A stretch of DNA of 64,000 nucleotides from Octopus vulgaris (Eukaryota): NCBI GenBank assembly GCA_951406725.2, contig OX597824.1, positions 41,602,001-41,666,000 on the forward strand, written 5' to 3'. Position 1 is the first letter of the stretch; each line of letters begins with the position of its first letter. The notes below the pieces were generated by a model. It did not search any database and was not told the origin of the DNA. It saw only the letters and a list, made by a program, of their open reading frames with translations. Of the stretch, positions 55,482 to 64,000 are shown piece after piece. Position numbers and translations under genes: made by a program.

Positions 55482-55960
55482 ATTAATGTAAAGTCAGTGT
55501 TTAGGAAATATTCTCCAGCGTTCTGAAATCAAACATGGCCATTTCTTAATTTTTCAATGTTTTTTTTTTTTTTTGGTTACAGAGTCCATATCAATTGAAA
55601 CTTGTTATTCAACACATATATTTCTCTGCATTGTAAATATTGCTAGTAAAGACCTGTAAATGGCTCACGAAGAAATTATATAGTACATTGGTGTTTTCGC
55701 TATTGTAATCTCTAAAACGATTAATGTAAAGTCAGTGTTTAGGAAATATTCTCCAGCGTTCTGAAATCAAACATGGCCATTTCTTAATTTTTCAATGTTT
55801 TTTTTTTTTTTTTTTTGGTTACATAGTCTATATCAATTGAAACTTGTTATTCAACACAGATATTTCTCTGCATTGTAAATATTGCTAGTAAAGACCTGTA
55901 AATGGCTCACGAAGAAATTATATAGTACATTGGTGTTTTCGCTATTGTAATCTCTAAAAC
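55482..55960. repeat. Near-identical tandem duplication of about 238 bp
   Basis: Units 55482-55718 and 55720-55960 differ by about 3 substitutions and poly-T length. Confidence 0.95.
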
Positions 55961-56039
55961 ATAACTAAATTTTTGTAAAAAAAGAAAATTGCAGTGGATT
56001 TAAGTGCCAAAACAAACAGAAGCACAGACAAGCTGTCTC

Positions 56040-56270
56040 CTTGCTATAGTCCCTTTGAAATAATATAACAACGGAGACAATGGTTCCGCTTTCAATTACA
56101 GGTGTGAAGCTTGTTCACCAAGTCTTTGTAAATCTTTCAATGGCAACAACTGGGGCAGCAAGTACTTTTGCCAAGCACAGTGATTGCATTAGCACTTTGT
56201 GGGGAACAGAATCGAACGCCTTTCTGTATCAAGCCATATTATTGCAAAGGTTTTATGGTGTGTTAATTTA
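56040..56270 (-). mobile_element. R4/Dong-like reverse transcriptase fragment
   Basis: Minus strand IIWLD/RKAFDSVPHKVLMQSL...LFQ.D resembles the WIDYKKAYDSVPH and IFQGDS motifs. Confidence 0.65.
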
Positions 56271-56369
56271 ATACTGCACAACTTTATTTATGTGTTCCTA
56301 TGTGTAAGTATGTGTTTGTGTGTTAGCGTATGGCTATATTGCACACACATATATTTATATATACATATA

Positions 56370-56690
56370 ACTGGCACTCCGTCGGTTACGACGACGAGGG
56401 TTCCAGTTGATCTCATCAACGGAACAGCCTGCTCATGACATTAACGTGCAAGTAATTGAGCACTCCACAGGCACGTGTACCCTTAATATAGTTCTCAGGG
56501 GGAATCAGCATGACACAGAATGCGACGACGCTGGCCCTTTGAAATACAAGTACTACTCACTTTTGCCATCAGAGTGGACTGGAGCAATGTAAAATAAAGT
56601 GTCTTGCTCAAGGACACAACGCGCCACAAGGAATCGAACTCAAGACCTTATGATTGTGAGCTGATTACCTTAACCACTAAGCCTCGCGCC
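56370..56690 (-). mobile_element. SINE family C, tail type 1
   Basis: Matches 17482-17800. Confidence 0.9.
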
Positions 56691-56916
56691 TTTACCATAT
56701 ATTCATATATATCTATACATATATGAGTGAACTTGTGTGTGTGTGAACTTATGTGCATGTGCGCTATCGTATGTATGTGAGTGCGTATGTGCAAATATGC
56801 ATAATGACAGAGTCATTAGAGCGTCGGACAGAATACAACGCACTGTTTTCAAGGCACTCCGCGCTCGGAGTTCAAATCGTACAATAGCCTACTTGGATGG
56901 TAAACATAATCTTTTT

Positions 56917-57185
56917 CTCCTGTTTAGCACTTCTATCTGATCCTTCAAAATCATAAGTTAAGTTCACTCTTGCAAGTATTTCGGCCGCGTCTCCGGTTTT
57001 AGGATATCTCTCTCCTTTAACACTTGTCTTAGCGATTTCGTAAAAGGTCATGCTTGCTACCTTCTCTCCTGAGAATGTGTATATATATATAGAGATATCC
57101 TAAAACCGGAGACGCGGCCGAAATACTTGCAAGAGTGAACTTAACTTATGATTTTGAAGGATCAGATAGAAGTGTTAAACAGGAG
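56917..57185. repeat. Long inverted repeat: 95-bp arms, 1 mismatch, 79-bp spacer
   Basis: 56917-57011 is the reverse complement of 57091-57185. Confidence 0.95.
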
Positions 57186-57225
57186 TAAAATTAGTAAGAT
57201 TAGTAAAATTTATATATATATATAC

Positions 57226-57290
<65 letters not shown>

Positions 57291-57297
<7 letters not shown>

Positions 57298-57433
57298 TAG
57301 AAGAAATAAGGTACTCAGAAATCTGGATGGTTTTATATTTACAGATATTTATAAAAACATGTGACATGTTAATAAATATCTCTAAATATAAAACCAACCA
57401 GATTTCTGAGTTCCTTATTTCTTCTAATATATA
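57291..57433. repeat. 143-bp near-perfect palindrome abutting (TA)n
   Basis: Position i pairs with 114724-i from 57291 to 57352, with three mismatches; central aacatgt-g-acatgtt. Confidence 0.95.
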
Positions 57434-57826
57434 ATACCTGTACATCATCTCCAAACCTAATATATATAACTATAAAAATGAAACAGAAACGCAATAGAGA
57501 ACATTAAAACATTCATAAAACATTCATGTCAAACGGACATGAGAAACAATAATTAGAAGGACAGGCAAAAAAAAAAAAAAGAACGGGTCATTCGTGGCTT
57601 TCTTTCCTCAGTCAGGTTCCAGAAGTCATGACTATTTCTGGAAAATGGAAGAATGGATTTCTTTCAATACAATAAATGAATTTATTGCATTGCAATTCTC
57701 AGCATTTATGTATTAGCCTTTCTGGGTACTTTACTGGCAGTATATTGGATAAATGATATCCCATAGTGGGTTACACTCATAACCCCTATCTCACTTAGTA
57801 ATTATATATATATATATATATATATA

Positions 57827-58230
57827 GGCGCAGGAGTGGCTGTGTGGTAAGTAGCTTGCTAACCAACCACATGGTTCCGGGTTCAGTCCCACTGCGTGGC
57901 ATCTTGGGCAAGTGTCTTCTGCTATAGCCCCGGGCCGACCAATGCCTTGTGAGTGGATTTGGTAGAGTGAAACTGAAAGAAGCCTGTCGTATATATGTAT
58001 ACATATATATATGTGTGTGTGTGTTTGTGTGTCTGTGTTTGTCCCCCTAGCATTGCTTGACAACCGATGCTGGTGTGTTTATGTCCCCGTTACTTAGCGG
58101 CTCGGCAAAAGAGACCGATAGAATAAGTAATTGGGCTTGCAAAAGAATAAGTCCTGGGGTCGAGTTGCTCGATTAAAAGGCGGTGCTTCAGCATGGCCGC
58201 AGTCAAATGACTGAAACAGGTAAAAGAGTA
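57827..58230 (+). mobile_element. SINE family B, full length
   Basis: Very similar to 53731-54149; (TA) flanks. Confidence 0.95.
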
Positions 58231-58498
58231 TATATATTATCATCGTCTTGAATCGTTAATCCCCACACAATCGTTAATCTCTCCGTATTATTTTGGTTCT
58301 CGTTCTCTTTCCATTTTTTTTTTTTACCATTTATTTTTCTTCCCAATACTTTCTGTTCAAAAGCGTAGTCTCGAAACATCAAAGATATTTACATTTTTCT
58401 CGAGCGTTAATCTAATACACCTTCTTGTTATTCCTACAGCTGTCTTCGTCTTTTGTTTTCTGTAAATTTGAACTATATATATTACTTTTGTAAATTTG

Positions 58499-58534
<36 letters not shown>

Positions 58535-59180
58535 CTGCTCGGGCCCGGCTTTACAATTAAGAAATTCGGTTTGCATGTACATGTTTCTGGATTTGATCTC
58601 TTACCACTCGGTTAACCATTTCCATTTATAGCGGAATTTGATAGATGGCAACTGTGAATATGTTTTTGGTGTATGCGTGTGTAAACATTATGCCAGCTGC
58701 GGGGAGACTTTTGTTGCTCATGGGGCAGAACCACTCCGATGATCGAGAACGGGAAATCCGAATAACTTACAGCATATGATGTGGCAGCTGTATACACACG
58801 CACATGCTTATACGGAAACATACGCGCACACACAGACACCCACACATACACACTCACACATACATATGTATATACATGGATATATATATATATGGGAGTT
58901 TGTGTAGGTGAGTTTATTTACGTTTACTGGTGTCGTTTTCTATTGTATCATTCTGTAACTTTAGTGATTCAACGAATCCATATCGACAAAATGAGAAGCA
59001 GATTGAAATAAGAAGTAAGGCGATATGATTGATGAAAATCATTGAAAAGAGTTGTTCCAGCATGTCCACAGTTCAATGACCGAAACCAGTGAAAGAAAAG
59101 AAAAATATATATACATATACATACATAGATACATACATACATACACACACACACACATATATACTTATACATATACTTAA

Positions 59181-59411
59181 AGGCGGCGAGCTGGCAGAAA
59201 CGTTAGCGTGCCGGGCGAAATGCTTAGCGGTATTTCGTCTGACGTTACGTTCTGAGTTCAAATTCCGCCGTGGCAGACTTTGCCTTTCATCCTTTCGGGG
59301 TCGATAAATACAGTACCAGTTTCGCACTGGGGTCGATGTAATCGACTTAATCCGTTTGTCTGTCCTTGTTTGTCCCCTCTATGTTTAGCCCCTTGTGGAT
59401 AGTAAAGAAAT
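59181..59411 (+). mobile_element. SINE family A (long tail), full length with TSD
   Basis: atatacttatacatata is duplicated on both sides. Confidence 0.95.
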
Positions 59412-59456
59412 ATATATATACTTATACATATAAGCATACGTACATACATATGTATG

Positions 59457-59491
<35 letters not shown>

Positions 59492-60837
59492 ATGCGTGTG
59501 TGTGTATGTTTGCATGTGTACACACACACTTGTAATTTAAGAAAGAGGATGTAAAAAATTTCAACGCGCAAACAAAAATCGGGTTCAGTAGTGGGTGCCA
59601 TACTCCACTCCAGTATCTATTGTTGTACTCTGAAATCAGGCTCAGTGGCCGGATACTGATGATGTGCTGTGCATCATTGCATAGTATTTCAAATGCTGTT
59701 ATGTAATTATTTCGGAATGTTAATGATACACGTGTATATCCTATGAAGTATAAAGTGCGGAATACCACTCCTGTTTTCTGCTTATTATTTTATCTCTGTG
59801 TGCGCATACATACATACACACACACATACATACATACATACATACATACGTACGTACATACATACATATATATACACACACACACATATATATATATATA
59901 CATATACATATATGTATATATATATATATATATATACACATAAATACACACACACACGTATGTATATGGTACTGCATAATGGCATTTACATTTCACATAT
60001 TAATTCTAGTGCAACACATACGCATATACACCCACATATCTATATATAATTCTTTCTATATGTATTCTGCCAATTTCTTACATAAGGCCCTTTCTTATTT
60101 GGTTTGAAACTCCTTTCTAATAATCAGTATGATTCCGTGGTGAGAATTTATGTCTAGAAATTACTTGAAAATTTATTAGCTAAAATACTTTTTATAATAA
60201 TAATTCTGTTCTTTTAGTATATGATCGTGACTTTCGTTCATATCTAATAGTGCTCAAAAGAAATTTAGAGGGCGGTGAGAGGTTGTGCAGAATATATTTG
60301 AAACAAACAGTTTCATATATACTCAAGGCTAAGCACCAATCTGCATTTTAATAATGTTAATATAAGTTACATAATTTTATCTGTTGGTACAAGGAAGCGT
60401 ATGAGTACCATAGAAAAAAAATACCAGTGTTGGGGAACCAGTGGCAAAATGGTTTATTTATTCATAAATTATCCTGTGCTAACAATGCCTGTGATAGCCA
60501 AGCTAGATAGGCATATGGACATCAAATATTTCAATGATAATGGCAGCTGGTTAAAACAATTTGGAAATCACCAAAGAACGAGTGATGAAAACACTCATGG
60601 TAAAGCAGACAGTGCGCTAACCAAGAAAATGGAACCATTCAGGAAAAGGTTAAATAATTTTATCATTTTTCTTTTATTTCCTTTCATTTGACTGCGGCCA
60701 CGTTGGCGCACCGCTTTGAGGGGTTTTTAGTCGAAAATTAAGCCCAGGACTTAGTTTCTTTTTTTACCGAATCGCTAAGTTACAGGGACATAAACCCACC
60801 AACGCCAGTTGTCATGCGGTGACATATAGAGGGAGGT

Positions 60838-61085
60838 GGATGCGCGTGGCTTAGTGGTTAGGGCGTTGGATTCATGATCGTAAGACTATGATTTCGATTC
60901 TTGTATTGGGCTACACGTTGTGTTCTTGAGCAAAACACTTCATTTCACGTTGTTCCAGTCCACTCAACTGGCAAAAATGAGCAATCCTGCGACGGACCAG
61001 CGTCCCATCCAGGTGGGGAATATATATGGCGTGAAACGGAGAACCTAGCCCTGTATGATTCGAGAAAGTAGCTTTACCTTTATTT
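60838..61085 (+). mobile_element. SINE family C, tail type 2
   Basis: gtggcttagtggttag A box, tttcgattc B box, tail ggaccagcgtcccatccagg...ctttacctt. Confidence 0.9.
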
Positions 61086-62359
61086 TTTACCTATATAGAG
61101 AGAATTTCATAGTCAAATACTATCCAACACTCAATCCCTATTACATAATACACTTACAGAGACCTTAACTTTCATTCTCAGTGTTTTAAAGAGTATCTAA
61201 CACACACACACACACACACACACACGGTTCCATGTTTGTCAAGCCAAAAAGTGGCTGTAGAAATAATCTCCAACTACTGATAAGTGCTTCTCATGGTAAG
61301 CATATCCAACAAGTTTTGTCAACTAAATTCAATTCCTGGTCTTCTCTTGAAGGAAAGGAGTGAAGTCGAGTGCTGGTACCTTAAAACCAGTACTTCAGGT
61401 GGATGGAATTTGTTACTGAGAAGATAGTTAATGTAATATAGGGAAAACCTTTGCAGTCTTATGACAATACCTTCTCATAAGAAAGGATTCAGGAATAAAT
61501 CCGGAGCTGAACTCCCTAAGGCAGTACAATGTTGCTCATTATTGTTCTCGTAGTAACTTTTACTACAACACTGGTGTCAAGCTGTGCTGCTCTTGCACTT
61601 CCCTTGGACAACATCAGTGGCCTAGAGCATGGGTAATTGCTGATCTCCCATATTCATTTTGCCTGACTTTCTACCCTGGGGAGGAAACTCCAACATCACC
61701 TCACTGTGATGGTACAATACCGGTAGGTAACAGTTTATCAGTTATAAGCCTGCTTTGAAACTGGTGCGGAGCTAGGCGACAGGGGCAGCTTTCGAGTTTT
61801 TCACACACACACACACACACACAAGTGTGCACATATACACAAATATACATACATGAGGATAAAATACATGTGGTCTGGCATGGTACTGTGCTGTACAATA
61901 TTAGACAAAGAGTCAAAAATACCCCTACCCAGTCCTACCGAGATGATTCGACGACAGGTGTAACACACTGGTTGGTGTACATTGCTATTGCATGAATATT
62001 ATCTACCTGTAACACTGTGCCACTATCAATATAGAACACACACAAACACACACACACAAACACAGACACACACACACACACAAACACACACACATACACA
62101 CACAAACACACACACACATCATTCATTCACACACTCACCTCATTCACTCACACATACGCCTCTCCCTTTCTCTGGAAAAAGTTAACAGAGATAACTGAAA
62201 AGAATGTGTGTGTGTGTGTGTGTGTGTTTTATGTGTGTATATATACATATATGCACACACACACATATGCGTGTATATATATATACATATATATATGTAT
62301 ATATATATATATACATACATACATACATATATATACACATGTATTTATATATATATATA

Positions 62360-62413
<54 letters not shown>

Positions 62414-63097
62414 GGAAAGAGAGAGAAAAGTGGGAAGAAAGAAAGAGAAAAAGGGACAGGGATAACAATACAGTTTAGCACTGCGTACCGCTATGTTAGC
62501 ATAAGAAATTGAAAAGCTTCAATGAAAGTCCATTGTGCGGCGTTGAAATGAAAGCAAAGAGTATAGATAGAACTTTGGGTGTGTCTGTGGGCGGTGAATC
62601 TGCTTAGGGGCATGTACTTATGTGCAAGTGTGCAGGTGCGTAGTAATTGATATATGTACGTATATGTGTCGTCCTGTATATAAAAATACTTGCGTATATG
62701 TGTGTTGTTGGTTGTACGGATGTGAAGTAATCTATGTGAGTGACTTAAGATTATAAATATAGGTGTGTCTGATTACACGTACCAGTACACAAATTCTTAA
62801 CAACTTGTGAAGCTGTCCTTTATTTCTAATGTGTTATCTACATGTTTGTGTGAGCTTCTGTATGTGTGTGTGAATTTCTGTCGATATCTGTGTGTGAGGG
62901 TTTATATATATATATATATATATATATGACATCTAGTATATGTGTATACAGTCTTCTGTGCGTGTGTTTCTGCATGAGCGCATTCGAGTTCGCGTTTGTA
63001 GGTCTGTCCCTTTTATGTTTTACTAGAAATATTTATAAATGGATGTGATTTTCTAATACGTACATTCATAAGTATACATGGTGTATATGCATGTACA

Positions 63098-63135
<38 letters not shown>

Positions 63136-63544
63136 ATATGTGTATGTGTGTGTGTTCATATACACTTAACGCTGATACAGACACAAGCATCGCAAAAGTA
63201 AATACGCATGACCATTTTTGAAAGATTTATTTCTAGAAACGAAATAATGCCATCTGACGCTTTTAAATAATTAATTTCGTATTCAGTAGATATGTTTTGT
63301 GCAGTTTTATTACACCTACAGCTTTGTACAAAAGTGTTAAGTATGGTAGTGCAGTCAGGAAATTCGTCAAACTGTCGTCCTATATTTGACACTGTCGCAT
63401 AGCACCATGGACATGTATCTTTTACTAAAGTCTCAGATTAACCAATGTCTTGTGAGGGAAATTTGAAATTTGATAGACTGCATCGATACAAATGATCGTT
63501 GCATATCGTGCAAACAATACTTTGTAGAAGTTCTCCTTGTACGA

Positions 63545-63782
63545 ATACGTGGTGTTGGGCTCATGATCGTAAGATTGTGGTTTCGATTCTTGGACCAGGC
63601 GACGCGTTGTGTTCTTGAGCAAAACACTTCATTCCACGTTGCTCCAGTTCACTCAGCTGGCACAAATGAGCAACCCTGGGACAGACCGGCGTCCCATCCA
63701 GGCGGGGAGTATATACGCCATGAAAATAGGGATACCAACCCTTAAGAGTTGGTATGACACGAGAAGGTAACTTTTACCTTGT
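63545..63782 (+). mobile_element. SINE family C, tail type 2
   Basis: Matches 60838-61085. Confidence 0.9.
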
Positions 63783-64000
63783 ACGAATGAAATCTCTTTA
63801 CGCTGAAGGCTTTGCAATTAAATAAGACAAGATGGATGAAAACACAATCAGTACATTGTTTAATACAAAATAATGCACATTACTATAATCAGCTAAGACA
63901 CTTGAATGCAAGTGTCCAAGCATGGACGCACATTAAAGACAAAAAGCGAGAAGAAAATAAGAGAAAAAAATCCAACGAGACCATTGACGGCCTACGTCGG

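Overview
This is a repeat-saturated, AT-rich eukaryotic intron or intergenic window. The SINE families and microsatellite load suggest an octopus or other cephalopod genome (inference). I cannot identify an intact protein-coding gene, and most ORF-track entries are microsatellite read-throughs. Recognisable content: (i) dozens of copies of three tRNA-headed SINE families (called A, B and C here), some nested in each other with readable target-site duplications (TSDs), plus an older dispersed repeat D; (ii) four decayed mariner elements and a Tc1/mariner-type MITE; (iii) non-LTR retrotransposon relics of HERO-like, R4/Dong-like, RTE and CR1 type; (iv) Penelope-like (PLE) relics; (v) about ten minimal hammerhead ribozyme (HHR) motifs, three with an intact core and all three stems, usually next to (TA)n or other microsatellite tracts; (vi) several foldback hairpins beside microsatellite tracts, one with three like-with-like mismatches exactly 15 nt apart. 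Two non-repetitive CpG-richer islands (about 2.1-2.3 kb and 44.9-45.2 kb) may be host-gene exons. All coordinates were read by eye, and repeat boundaries are approximate.
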